Shown piece after piece: positions 34,930 through 49,600 of a stretch of 64,000 bases of DNA. The notes beneath the pieces were generated by a model. It searched no databases and was not told where the DNA came from. It worked only from the letters and a program-made list of their open reading frames with translations. Made by a program: the position numbers and the translations under genes. Position 1 is the stretch's first letter, and the number at the start of each line of letters is the position of its first letter. Source of the DNA: Podarcis cretensis. Its lineage: Eukaryota. Location: NCBI GenBank assembly GCA_951804945.1, contig OX638154.1, forward strand, positions 77,748,001 through 77,812,000. The letters are read 5' to 3'.

Positions 34930-37900
34930 ACCTGCCCATCTGGCTGGGTTTCCCCAGCCACCCTAGCACATGTCCAGCAACAGGACAGGACAGGATGAGA
35001 TGGCAATGGGAGAGGTCCAATTTGGAGACAGGCAAGCACCTGTGAAACAATGATGCTGGCTGCTGCCTCACCCTACCACATCCCTGTCCTGGTGAGTGGG
35101 GATGTGGCTGTCATTCTGCCCATATCTAAGCCAAACCATGGTTAAGTGAGAAAGACTGGGTGTGTGGATAACTCACTATAAAAATCACAGCTCCTCATCC
35201 TCCTTCCCATATCCTGCTGCTGCACTACTTGGAAACAAGCTATGGTTTGGCTTAGCGCTACATCTGAACCAAGGTTCCTGGCTTGCCCTGTTCCAAACAA
35301 ACCATAAGCTGTTGCCAGTGTCTGTTCGTGGCTTGCAGCTCACTGTTCATCAGGAGTGAGACAAGCCACAAGCCCTGGTTTGTGCATAATGCTAAACCAA
35401 ACCATGGTTTGGCTCCAGAGAGCACAGTAGCAGGATGATCATGTGAACAGCAAAGCAGTTGCAATTTTTACTGCGAGGACTTGCATGCTCAGTTAGCTGC
35501 TAAGCCAACCATAGCTAATTGGGCCGTTGTCTGATGCATTGGTGGCTTTCTTTTAAAAAAATGCTTACAGGAGTATGTTGGTTTGGAAGAAATTAGTATA
35601 TCCTTATAATGACCATTTGAAAAAATGTACTCTAAGGAAGTTAGAAACTCTGCTGGAGATGGAAAGAGTACCAAGTTGGGAGAGCAGGCCAAACTTGTGC
35701 GCAGCTTGTAGCACCACAGAGCTGGCCTACAAATTGATGAGGTAGCAAGGAGAACATTACTAGAATACTCTTCATCATCCAGCACCAATAAGGTCTATCT
35801 TAAAAGAGGTATCTCTCCCCTTCTCGCTCACACCAATGAAGAAATACCATCATGCTCAATCAGATTTTTGAAAATCTGCTGCTCATAAATCACTTAAACA
35901 TTGCAACCTCTCTTCAAAGCAGAAGAAACCAAATTTGTCCTTGAAAAATCATGACTTTACAAACCAACTGGTTAGCCTTTGAGCCAACTTGTGAAATGGG
36001 AGCTACCATCTTAATCACCGCCACAGAAAATGGCTGCACATTTCATTTGGTGGAACAACAACTTTCAGAGATGACAAAAGGCTGCAAACATTTCTGTATA
36101 ACACTTTCGTTATAGGATGTCTGTCCTTTACAAATTACCCATTAAATGGAGGTCCTTTGTCCAATCTGTCTAAAATTTGGCAGATTCAATGCCTTGGAGC
36201 AGAATACTTGGATCAGACATTTCAATGGCACCCAGACAACCCTACCTCCATTAAATTACCAGCATTAGAAAACTAAAATCAACTGAAAAACTAGAAAATT
36301 ATAACTGAAAGGACAAATATAAAAATGATTTCTTTAATTATTTATTTGCTCTAGTCTAGTACATCCCTACACAAGATGCTGAGGATCAACCATGGCTTTA
36401 CCAAATTTACGCTTGACTTCAACAAATCCACTAAGATGTTTCCCAGCACAAGCCCCCTTTGAAGGAATGGGGAATATATTTGATGAGAAAACTACCATGT
36501 CATCCAATGTATTATGAGAATCTTTGAACAGCTGCACCCAAAGGAGGTGACATGACTGGGAGAGTGTGCTAGAAAGCTCAATTTTTACATACATTGTGGC
36601 TTCTGAAAATAACACCTCCTGGGCTAACAGCTGACATGCTCAGGGAAGAAGCCCCCCCCCCCCCGCCTTAGATCTGCAAGCTGCCCTGTTTCTCTGGCTT
36701 GCGCAAGCAAGCAGAAGGCACAGGTCAGCTTGCAGAGCTGACACGCAAGGAATAAGCTTCTCTGCAGGTTGGATCTGCCCGTCCACGGAGCTGCCCTGTC
36801 CCTCCTGCTTGTGCACGGAAGCAGGAGGGACAGGGCAGCGATCCTGCACCTTTTTTTTTTCTAGAAAAAAAGCACTGATTCTCAGTACCCTGATGGCTTC
36901 ATTGGGTGTAGATAAGATACACAAGCACCCCTTTCATGTATAAATTTTCTTTCCACACACACACACACACACACACACACATGGGGGGGGGAAGGGATTT
37001 TAACTCTGTGGTAGATGGAAGACATGCTTGCCATAGTAACATGGTAGCAATTCCGACTTATGAGTAATAGCTTGATTTAAAAGTATGATTGTTTGTGATT
37101 GTACCAGGCACCAGCCTCTTAAAATATGAGCTACTGATCCCAAATTTGTTGGGATATGGACACCTATCTGTAAAGCTTGGGTAGAGAACATGGTGTCCTC
37201 TAGAAGCTGTAGAGAACAACTCCCAACAGTCCCAGCCAGCATGGCCAACGGTAAGGAATAATGTTGCAGTCCATAACATCTGAAGAGCACCACCGCTGGC
37301 TGGCCTTGCTATGAGCTTTAAAAATGTTCAGAATGAGACCAGTTTTTTTCAAAAAGCCAAGGATCTTTGTCTCAGATTTATTATTCCAGAGGCACTTATA
37401 TAGAAAAATCTTACATTTAGATAGTGTCTTTCCTCTCAAAGGGCTTTACAAGCTACAATATATTAAAGTACAGCAATTATGTCCCATTAAAATGGGAGCC
37501 ATCTATGATCACCAGAGTACCAAATACCACCAGAATGAAGACATGGACCTGCTTCATTTGTGCTGACCTTCCCATCACCCCAACAATTCCAGTTCAAGCA
37601 ATCATAAAAGCAGCGATCGACATACAAGACTATAGCACAAATTCATAGCTGAACCATGTTTCTGAATGATTACTCACCACATCTCAAAAAAATTCTTCAA
37701 CTAAAAAGCATAATCTCAAACACTGCTTCCTTTGAGCACTGCTCTGGTTCATTTTGCATTCATATACTTACTATCTCATGAGGTCAGACTATTTTTGATG
37801 ACTTGATAAAAGTAGGGATATTGCAACTTGAGATGTCGCAAAAGCCAAGACCATTTCTGAATACAGACTTCCCCTGGACTTTGTATCTGGTGTTTAATTC

Positions 37901-38538
37901 AAAGAATCAGTTTTATTGGTTAATGGTTACTGAAGTTAATTTTGTCTATCAAATAGAGCAGATAAACAGCCCTTGTGCTCAGTGTTAAGTCTCAAACTGC
38001 AACGCCTTTTGGCTATCTGCAAAAGATGTTCTATAAATAATGGGTACTTTCTGCTAGTTAGTGACAAAAAAAACCAATATTCTTAAAAAAACCTCATCTA
38101 CTACTACTCAATTTTAGTGCGGACGTCTCTGAAAAAAGAATACAAATATTGAAAAAGCTGCATTTTCCATTCTAAAAAAATTATAGCAGTTCTTTAAAAA
38201 ACAGATGCATTCAAGAAAACCACTCCCTCTCAAGAACACCCACTACATAATATCAACTTGAAAGGCAGGTGTTATTTGGGAAAAGGAAGCTTCACTAACA
38301 GCAGAGCTACCTGATTCTCATAGGTTATATGTACCTCTGAATCAGATCATCACTAAGCTGAAACTGCTGGGCTAGAAGATCTATCTGTGGAATCAGTTTA
38401 ACATCAGCCTTTGCAACATGATCACCTTGCAGTAACCACATGTTGGCTATCACAACCAGTATCAGAAGCAGTCTGCCCAAGTTGTTCAAACAAACAAAAG
38501 TGGGAGTACAGAAGGGCAACTCCTTGCCATACAAAATA

Positions 38539-38788
38539 CAGTCGTACCTCGGTTTTCAAACAGCTTAGTTCTTGAATGTTTGGGCTCCCAAATGCCGCAA
38601 ACCCGGAAGTGACTGTTCCAGTTTGCGAACTATTTTTGGAAACCAAACATCCGATGGGGCTTCCACGGCTTCTGATTGGCTGCAGGAGCTTCCTGCAGCC
38701 AATCAGAAGCTGCGCTTTGGTTTCCGAACATTTTGGAAGTCGAACAGACTTCCGGAACAGATTCCATTCGACTTCCAAGGTACAACTG
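38539..38788. mobile_element. Tigger-like MITE
   Basis: TIRs cagtcgtacctcgg / ccaaggtacaactg; TA flanks. Confidence 0.8.
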
Positions 38789-40571
38789 TATGGAGAAAAA
38801 AATTGAAATGATGACAGATAAAGTTAGTTCAGTTTTTAAGCTGCTTCCAAGATCGATCCTTCTGTAGCTTTCCACCGATTATTCATATAAAATACATAAA
38901 GAAAAATGGCATTTATAAACAGTGGACTCAAGCACCGTATTGGGAGCAGGATGAGGAGAACAAAAATTTGGCAGGCGGTATCTTACTGTGAAAGGGGGAT
39001 ATTCAAGACTGGTGTGTGGTCACTGACAACTTATGTTGATTTTACAGCAAAGGGTGGAGGGAGAAAGACAGCGATCACATTTATTTGCATATGTAGTGCA
39101 TGCCTTCTTGTAGTGTATTTCTATGTTACATCACATGAACAAAGACACATACCTAGACCTGTGTCATACTCCATGGGTTTTCAGAAATTCCTATGGGCTA
39201 AATGGCATATTATTGATCAGCCAGACTAGTTAGGCACTGTCTTCCCAGCCCCATATACGGGGCCACCTCTAAGGAATGATCCCATAACATCATATAGCAA
39301 CAATAATCGCTTCACTTGGAAAATTGATACTCCTTAAAGCCTCAGTTATATGTGGTCTTGCCAGCATCTATAACTTTGCGATTGGCTTATTATCAGTTTG
39401 GGAACTGGTCATGTAACATTAAGCATTAGGTAGTTGGCATGGAAGTTATTCCTAAGAGGCAAACACACACAAAAATGATCACATAACAGGACACAGTTCT
39501 GAAAGGCTTTGAACTGCTGTGTCTCAGGCAATGAATGTGGAACATACACACACACCCCAGAAAGAAAAGCATATCACCCTGTAAAAGTAAATAAATCTGA
39601 ATTCATGGGGCAGGTGCCCTTGGCGTTTTATTAGGAACCTGTGCACAGCTTCCCAAAGCTATCAAATGGATCAGACCCACTTCTAAATATTAACATCGGT
39701 GATCTCTGTTTTGAAATACAGATGTGAGTTCCTATGTTTAACTTTTTATTTCTCTTTATTCTCCAACTTTCCCAGCTTCCTCATTCCTCTTCATTTCCCC
39801 CCACTTCCCTTCCCAGAAGTGCACGAAGCACAGGCAACAACAGAATAGAATTTTATTTTATTTTTTGAGCCGGATAGAAGACTGGGACCAAAAGAGCAGT
39901 GGGAAGCTGTGGACAGAGACTGAGAATGAGATCTTCACTGGAATAAACTCAGATCTTAGCAGTTAGAAATGTAGGTCCAAGGTTCACTTCTCTCCCACTG
40001 CTTCTGCAAAGAAGACTCACCCACCCTTGGCCAAAGGAAAAGCTTGCTGTCCTGTGTAATGATGAAATAGAACAGGCTAGTACTGCCCTGAAAAAAGGTA
40101 TGATATTCAGTACAATGAAATGATGCATCCGGATATGACACAGAAATTCACGTCTCTTTGCACTGGGAGCAGAGGAGGTAGCGACCCTAACTTTAATAAG
40201 GGTTCTTCCCCAGAGGAAGCAAAGGTCAAACAGAAGTCGAATTAGTTGACTTCAGAATGTTTACATCCCAGGATGAATCAAAGTTACAGTGATTTAAGCC
40301 CAATTTAATTTAGGCAGGTTTTAAAAACCACAAGAATAAGGACATTCTTAGTACATAGTAATATTTAAACCAACATATACACAAATTAGTAATATCCTAC
40401 ATTATAATAAATGCCTCGACAGCTTGTTTTGGACACTTTGTTATCCTACACTTAGTAATTGGTTTAAAGAATGAGCCATCTGTTAAATTACATTGTACTT
40501 TGTGCCTTTCTATGCCCCGTGCTGTTTTCAGTCACTGAAGTAGGTTGTAGATTTATGCATTATTGTTGTTT

Positions 40572-40649
40572 TTAAGAACCAAATTCAATTGTATCTTCAG
40601 TAATCCTCTTGAACTCATAGTTTCCTCTTCCATCCATGTGAAGGTAGAA
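40572..40649 (-). CDS. ABCD3: ABCD3 exon 23 coding part
   Basis: [25 protein letters not shown]. Confidence 0.93.
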   Translation of the reverse strand, partial: FYLHMDGRGNYEFKRITEDTIEFGS

Positions 40650-43600
40650 CTGAGGAGAAGGAAAAATACATATTAGCTAACTTGATTTTAATATATACTC
40701 TCTGTTTTAATAAGGGTTGTCTACAGAAACTCCTATCACCACATTGCTGCTTGGAAAGAACACTGTAAAATGTTGCATGTCTTATACCTCCATCTGGTGG
40801 CATTGACAGGAGCTCCAACTATTTATTTTGTGATGATAAAGTCATCCGGTTGCTGAAGTTTGGTCTCATAACTCTGACCACGTGTTCAACTCTTTACTAC
40901 TGAAATATGCAGACAAATGGCTAAAAAGAATGGTGAATTCTTTGCATATTTAAAATTGCTTATGAAATCCTGGAGGAATCTGCTTTGGGAAATTAGGTAC
41001 GGGATGAATGTGCTTATTGCCTTTTAAACTATGGTTTCATTTTAGCTATGTGCAACCGCCAACTATCACAGGAAAGTCATATAACAGTTCCTCAGAGCAG
41101 CTGCTTACCTGATCACCCTCACTGTGTCTCAGCTTCCTGAGCTGTGAGTAGGTTTATATAGCATACATGTATGTAGTGAAGGTGAAAACATTATCTGAAA
41201 CACTTCAAGCACTTAGGAGACCCAGCATTTTATCAGCCTTGTAACTAAGCCAGGGAAGTTACTAGCCTGATTTGCCTTTTGAACTACCCTGCTGAAAGTT
41301 ATCTTTTACCAGACAGATTTGCACAACCTCTCTGTTCAGCTTGGTTTTACCAGCTGAGTGCCTTCTTTTGCTGTCAGCATGGAAATGCAGCAGCCTTGCA
41401 AAGGATAAACAGAACCATTTCCCCCTCATCCACCTGTCTACACACTCACCTGCATAGAATTTCAAGTAAGTTATAGTAAGCGAGACAAGTAGCTGGAGAT
41501 AATGACTGTGTTATATAAAGATTACTGTCAGGTGTGTATATTTTCTTTTATCTTAATCATCAGGGTAGCCACAATGGAATGGGGACTCACTTTTTATTTG
41601 CAAGAAAGCTATCTGATTGGGATAGCGACAGCTCATCATTTTTTTATGGCTATTTTTAAAAATTTCTCTCTTTCCTCCTTTCATTTTTTAATGGCTTTCT
41701 TCATGTTTTTAAAACGGCTAATTACTATTTTAACTTACACTATTAACCACCTTGTGCTCACTGAGGAAAAGTGAGCTATAAATGTTTTAAACAATTAATA
41801 CGCTTCAGCTGGCACAATTATTTTGTAATTTTGCAGAAGTGCTGTGAAACTGTTTGTCTTATTATCGAAAACACTTGAGCTGGTAGGAACTCAAGGTATA
41901 TCTTAACGAGCGAGGTATGAATTTCAGACATCAAAACACGCAACTTATGTCTAAACAAGATAAATCTTACCTCATGGTGTTTCCAAAGTGATTTTCTGTG
42001 AGATACAGTGAAGAGGGTGATACCAACCTAGAGTGACAGAATGTAAGATAAAGTAAGCTTTAAGCTTCATCCAAAGAAACTAAACTCTCAAAAGCTCCAC
42101 ATTACATGGTACAGGGAAGCTGTGATTTGATACCCCAAAGTCTATTTCTGAAAGCAACTGCTGGGGCAGAGGGGGCGCAATTTGGAAGAGGGCTACGGTG
42201 TTGGAGGTCGGGGTGTGGACCCTTTTCGTTCCATACCAGCTCCCCACTGCAGAGTGCCCCTGCCTAGGTTATAACACATTTATTCTGCTGCTTGTAAATT
42301 TTCAGCTCCACAGCTAGTAGCTGCTCTAGGAAGGGGTTTGGGGTGCCAGATGGTTAAGCTCCCCTGTGACCCTAATGCAAAATGCATCCCCGTCCCCAGC
42401 TGCTTTCAGAAAATGACTCTCTGTTCTAATCATGGCTCTCATGCGGTTTGGTATCGCTATTAGACATATCACATCTCATATATGGACTCAATTTTTAAGT
42501 ACCATTCATTACAACTTGGGCGGGGGGGGGAGAATTAAAGATGCACACTATCTTTCTCACTGACAATCAACAGAATTTGATTTTAAGAGAGTTAAACTTT
42601 GACCTGCCTTCTAAGGAATTGTTTGCAACTCTACGTTGGCAAACTGACTTTTACTTATCACACAGTAGAATGTATACCATCGCGAATTTTGGTGCATCCA
42701 ATGCACCAAAAATGTGCAGAAAGTTCCAAGTAATAAATCTGCTAATTTGGATTCCTTCTTGCTCCAGGCATGTTTTGAGTATCCTGTGCTTTAGTCTAGG
42801 AGATGGTTGACCCAATCTAGGTATATGATCATAGGGCTACTATAGCAATAAAATCTTATTGATACTTCTTGTTAGAACAGTTCAAAGTTAGAGTTTAACT
42901 GACAATGCAAACAGCCAATGGAATCTGAACAACAGAAAGTATGAATGCATACATACTTTCCGACAATGGCTGTAGATGTAGCCTTCCACGTCAACGCTAA
43001 CAGCGCTGGTACATTCGTCCAGAATTGCAAACTGGGGCTTATGGTAAAACAATCTGGCCATCTGCAATGCAAAATCAAATGCAAAAGATCTAACACACGA
43101 TATTGTGACATATTTCTCATTTACATTTTTATTAAGCATGGTATACCCAAACTAACTTTTTGCATACAAGAGAACTTTTTAACTAGCCAAATAAATATGT
43201 CATGTTATATGGAAGAGATACCATATATACTAGACTATAAAGCCAACTTTGTCAGCACATTTTTTATGCTGAAAAAGCCCCCCTTGGCTTATACTCGAGT
43301 GAGGGTCCCACCCGAGTGCATTTCCAGTGGCAAAGGCTGTTGTGGGAGGAGGAGGAATGAGCAGCCCGAAAGCAGCCCTTTCAGGATGCTCCTTCCTCCT
43401 CCTCCACCTCTGCTGCTGTTGGTGGTGGCGACGGAGGAACGAGCAGCCCGAAAGCAGCCCTTTCAGGCTGCTTGTTCTTCCTCCACCTTTGCCGCTACCA
43501 GCCTCTGCCTCTCAGCAGCACCCTAGGTAGGCAGGAGGACAGGAGGGGCTTGGGGGGGGGAGAGACAAGCCCCCTTTGCCGTGTGTGCATGCGCGCATGC

Positions 43601-46600
43601 ACACACACACTCCGGCCCACCAGGAGGTTTGTGGTGTGCTGAACCGGCTTATACTTGAGTCAGTAAGTTTTCCCAGTTTTTTGTGGTAAAATTAGGTGCC
43701 TCGGCTTATATTTGGGTCGGCTTATACTCGAGTATATATGGTAATTCAAACTATAGCACTGGCATAGAACTACAAATTCATCCCACAACCCTCAAGACGG
43801 CATCAGCGTCCTTATGATCTTTGCATGTGGCACTCCAGTAAACACTTTTTGCATGTATAGCCAGGGTGGGGAACATATGACCCTCAATATGTTGCTGGAC
43901 TACAGCTCCCATAATCCCTGACTACTGGCAGTGTTAACTGTGGCTGATGGGTACTGGAGTCCAATACCATCTGGAGACCCACAGGTTTTAGGTTTCTCCT
44001 GCCGTTAAAAGGGTGAGAAAGCAGGTGATGGAGAGAACCTTGGTTGAGATCCTGGAGAGCCACTATCAGTCAGAGTAAATATTGGGCAAGATGCTCAACC
44101 GAGTCTCACATGGAGAAATAAACCTTCCTAAGCCACCGTTCTTTCAGATATGCCAAAAGAAAAACACAAGAACACTATCCTCTCCTGTGGTTTCCAGCAA
44201 CTGGCATTCAGAAGCACCGCTGCCTCCAACTGTATTCATATTTAAAACTGGACAATTTTGCTCATATTTAATATCGGACAACAGCTTTGTTGCTGCCAGG
44301 CCTGAGGAATTCCCCCGCTCCCCTCCCAATAGTTTCAAGGAGCCAAGAGGAAACAAGATAGCTTTATTATTTATTCAGTCTCTACGATAACAGACAAGAA
44401 TTCACGTCTTGCCACCATAATGACGTTGCTCACTCTGACTCCTCCTCCTTCCCTCTTTCCCAGCAACACGTGTGCTCCTACGGAGTCTTCCCTTGGACAA
44501 ATTCCTCTGCATATGATGCTCTTGTACCCTTAAAGACCTTCGTGTTCGAGGGGAATGTAGATCATCTATGCTGTCTAATGAAATGTCCGCAATCAGCCCC
44601 ATTTCTGTTCCTGCTTCTGTTAAATCCTCATAACTTGGCTGTTTGCTAGCCTCTGCCTGATTATCTTCCTCATAGCTTGGCTGTAAATCAACACTCTCTC
44701 CCTCTTCCCTGTCAGTGGCAGGAGAAGGGAGAGGTGATCTCACCCACTTTTCAGTCTCTGCATTCCTGTCCCTGACAGCTGTTCTTAAAACAATTGGTGT
44801 CTAGTCCTCAGTGTGGTGCTGGAAAATATAAACATTTTATAAAACAACAGTGTAAAGACCACATACGGCCATCCTCTGTTTCTCTCCTCCACTGAGAACA
44901 TCCATCCAGTCCTGAACACTATCCCAGCCTCCTTCACGGTCCAGGATCTGACCCAACTGGACATTGTCCAAGTACTCCTTTAACACCTGGAAGCAAAACA
45001 GCATAAGTCAACGGGCTTGAAAATGTACTTGTTTTATGACTTATTTCAGTTTTCTCCACTATTTCCACCTCCAAAGGATGTTGAGATGGTCAGGATCAAA
45101 ATGTTTGATCACATACTGAACAACACCAAGCCCTGCCAGCAAACTGGAGTGACTACTTTTCATTGCTGTCCATCCCATGCACTGAAGCTGAATGGAAGTT
45201 CACGCTGCTCATTATGCCAAAAAACAAAAACCAACCTCACAGTAGTTCTAAAAATTGTTCGGCCTTTAACACTACTGCCAAGAGGAAGCCTGGCCGCCAC
45301 TTTCTCCTGAACCTCCCCCCCCCCCACTCCCCTGAGATGGGCAAAGCCATTCGCACTGTGGAATGGCACTAAATCTCTCACCTTTTGGCATTGAGATAGG
45401 ACAGGAAGCAATCAGAACTTCTGCTTCACATGCATTTGGGCTCCCCAATTAGGGACGTAGCAGTGGGGAATCGACCCCTTTGTGTATCTTGACTCCCATC
45501 TTGAGTGGAAAGCAGAGCACAGGGACCACGAGAATAAAGGATGTAGCAGCAGCCATTATGCCACTACTAGTTTGGGCTGCATGTGGAGCTATCTTGCTTC
45601 ATCTGCCTTTAAGGCCCAATAGCGCTAAAGGAGATGTATTACACATGCCAACTACTATAATGGAACTTGCCTATCCATCTTTCCCCCTTTCTCATGTACC
45701 CTGTGTTTAACTTCAGTGGTGTTTAACTTCAGCCAGATGCTATAGTATTCACCACACTGCAACTACAACAAAATTGGTTGCATGAATTGGCCATGGCTTC
45801 AATCAAATGAAGTTTACTTACGAAAAAGAAGCAGCACAGCTATACTGTCAAATGCTGTATGAAAGTTTTGGTTTTCCTGCTGTTTCTAATGTTTACCTAA
45901 GTTTATAGTGAACTTCAGCTTTTACAGCAAAATAATAATAATAACTGGGACATTGTTTTACCTGGTCAGAAATTCCTTTCCTTCTCTGGTCATCTACGGT
46001 ATCTGGATAGATGACTTGGTCTCTGAGCGTTCCAAGAGTCATATATGGTCTCTGAAAGTAAATTGCCAGGAATCAGGGCAACTTGATACACATTTTTAAA
46101 AGCAACAAGAAATGCCAAAGGCTATGGCAGTTGGCTTTACCTGAGGAACATAAAACAGCTTTCCTCTCTCAGGCTTAGTCAGACAGCCACCAAACAGGGG
46201 CCACAACTGCAAAGATAAAACAAATAATAAAATTCAATGAATTGTGTTTTGCGCCTTTTGATGTTAAAGGTATACTTACTCCTGCATTTACTTACCTCAC
46301 CAAGGACACGGAAGAGAGAACTCTTTCCACACCCATTTGGCCCACAAATCAGAACATTTGCACCGGATCGTACCTGGAATGCAAATCATGTATTTAAATA
46401 TTTTGAAAAAAGGACTATGAGCAATATGGGTAACTGCTTAGTTTTTATTTGTATCTCAGCTCAACCTACTGTATTAACCAGGTCTCCTTATACTGTATTA
46501 ACCACTGAATAAAATTGTTGCTCCACAATGTTCTTTAAAGCGTGAGCACTCAAAATGGAAAACTTCAAATGAGTTGCCAAAAAAAAAATTAAAAAAAATT

Positions 46601-49600
46601 AAGACAAATTCCGAACCCACTGTGTTCTTTTAAGCTAAAAAGTCAAATTCCTCTGTGTAACCTTTGCTCGGTTTCAACAACTGGAAGTCTTTAGTTAAAC
46701 TTTAAAAGCTAGCAACTACTTAACTAGGAATCTGAGGATGCAAGAAATTACAATCAAATGAAGACTACTTCCCTAAGTGAACTTACTAAAAAGAAAATAC
46801 CACTAAATTCAGAGGACTACTGAGTATACACATTTTGGGTTGGTTTTAAGAAGAGGAGGCATATATGAAAGAATAAATTGGCTTACTTTCCCATTTTATA
46901 ATTAGTACAGCATCTCCTTATATCCAGGACTATTCTAGATGTTTAAGAAAATGCTTGAACTCCCATGTGATTATAATAAAGTTTCACTGTAGAGTCGCCC
47001 GACAGTGACACCTAGTGGTTTATTATTTGTTAATATGCAATATAATGCACATATAATCCCTGTGATTTGACTGGTGCAGCAGATTTGCACACAGAGCAGT
47101 CAATAATACTTACAGCCAACAACAAAAAACTTGTTAACTGTACAGAAACACTGTTAAAAACCATAGGGACTGGACTATAAGGTTAAAACTAAGGAAACCA
47201 TGAGTTGACCACATGGGTTCCTGATCAATATTGTTCTATTCTCACATGTTCTGATGAGAAAGTTTAGATTTTTCTACCCACCTACTGAATGCTTGAAGTT
47301 AGAACTAAACTCTATGTAAACAGGTAGCTGATAGTATATGGATCTTTACCATTCCTTCTTGCCCTTCCACAGCCCCAGAAAAGCTTCTCTGGTGGGACAG
47401 AGACGACATTGGGAGAGGAGGAATCACCCCAAATCAGGCAGAGCTCTGCTAGTGCAAAGTGCCTCCACCCAATTTTGGGTAACACAGGCCCTCTGACACT
47501 GTTTTATGAGAGTCCCCTGACCTGACCTTCCAGAGAAGTTTTTTAAGAGTAGGGGATGGGAAAGAAATTTGCTTCCCTCATGGATGTATCCCATTCTTTC
47601 AAGATGAAATCGCTCACGTCATGACATACCTCGAAGTTGAGGTCTCTAATCAACATATCGCCATTGGGTGTTGCCAATGGAACATGATCAAACCTGCAAG
47701 GAAAAAAACAGATACTTTGCTGTTAATACTAAGAGATCATACTTTCTGAAGATGCACAGACACAGCCCTACCATGAAACAAACAAAGTAGTGGGTGATGT
47801 AAAGTCGAACTACTATGCTTTCAATCAGATGATCAATGTGGGCAAGCGTGAACCTAGTCCAAAACTGCCTTACACAGATGATAATAATAAATAATATATT
47901 TATAATAATAAAAAATTATTGAATTTATAAAATCAAGATATAAAACCACAAAATACATAATGAAAATAAAAACAACAACCCAATAGCACGCCCCAAAAAA
48001 ACACATTTTAAAAGGGCATAGGATGTCAAACAGATCACACAAAGGCCTAGTTAAAAAGGATATAATGAAGGCGCCAGGCGAACCTCCCTGGGGAGAGCAT
48101 TCCACAGACAGAGAGTGACCAAAGAGAAGGCCCATTCTCATGTTGCCACCCTCCGAACCTCTTGAGGAGGAGGCACACAAAGGAGGGCCTCAGAAGATGT
48201 TCTCAGGGTCTGGGTAGGTACATATGGAAAGAGGCAGTCCTTGAGGTATTGCGGTCCTGAGCCATTTAAGGCTTTATAGGTCAAAACCAGCACTCTGAAT
48301 TGGGCCCAGAAACTAATTGGTAGCCATTGCAGTCGGACCAGGATCGGTGTAATATGCTCAAACCGTCTTGCTCTGGTGAGCAACCTGGCTGCTGAATTCT
48401 GCACCAGGGGAAGTTTCCGAACCGTCTTCAGAGGCAGCCCTATGTATAACGCATCGCAGTAACCTTGAGGTTACCAGAGCATAGACAACAGTAGTTAGGC
48501 TATCCCTGTCCAGATAGGGGCATAGCTGGGCCACCAGCTGAAGCTGATGGAAGGCACTCTGGGCCACTGAGGCCCCCTGAGCCTCGAGAGACAGCAAAGG
48601 ATCCAGGAGTACCCCCAAGCTATGAACCTGCTCCTTCAGAGGAAGTGTAACCCCATCAAGAGCAGGTGACTTCCCACTCATCTGGTCTAGGGAACCACCC
48701 ACTAACAGTGCCTCAGTCTTTTCTGGACTGAGCTTCAGTTTGTGGGCTCTCATTCAGTCCATTACCGAGGCAAGGCACGGGTCGAGCACTTCCACTGCCT
48801 CACTTGCAGATCATTGACTGGTAATTGCCTGTGCCAACTGGCTGCAGCTCTCCCAAGATCTCAGGCTATACACATTATGTAAGTTATCTGCAAGCTTGTA
48901 CAATTTGCATTCAAGTTCTCCTTTGGTATAATCTTACATGGTTAACATTTCTTTCTCTCTCTCTTTCTTTTTTGCCACAGCATGCCTGGTAATGACTGCC
49001 GAAATCTCTCCTTGCGGTTCTTTTTGCTCCCATGCCACACTGAACTAGGACAAGGTTAGCTCAGAACAAACCTCGGCTGCACAGGGAGTGCTCAACCCCA
49101 TGTCTGGGATTAGATAACGCTCTAAATCAAATATTGGTTTAGGTAACCATGGTCCGGAAATAAAAAACGATAATAAACAAGGGAAGAGCAAAGTGGTTGG
49201 GGGAGCTGCACATTCGCAGAGTCCTGCATAGTGGAAACAGACCGGTGAGCCTGAATTAAAAACAAAATTGTAAAAGTGTGGAGTGTGGAGTGTAGTGTAG
49301 TGGAAGTGTGTAGAACTGAAGAAGGCCAATGAGAGAAAATCTAACAAGAGAATAGATACTTTACATACTTGATAATATTATCTGCGATGACTATTCGTCC
49401 GGAGCCAGGTATCAGTGGCACAGCTTTTTCCAATTCTGAATCTTAAGTGAAAAAGAAAAGCATGCATTAGAAAGTGCACAAGTCTGACTATGAGTTTAAA
49501 GACACATCAAGTCCACCATTTACCCTTTTCTTGGGCTAACATAGTCCGCTGATATTTGCCACTGTTGAGCTCCTTCAGAACTTGCATTAATTCTGTAATT

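Noticed and set aside
36330-40571. ABCD3 poly(A) site
   Set aside because: Several minus-strand AATAAA candidates (~39.85, 39.73, 39.63, 37.91, 36.34 kb); cannot choose from sequence alone
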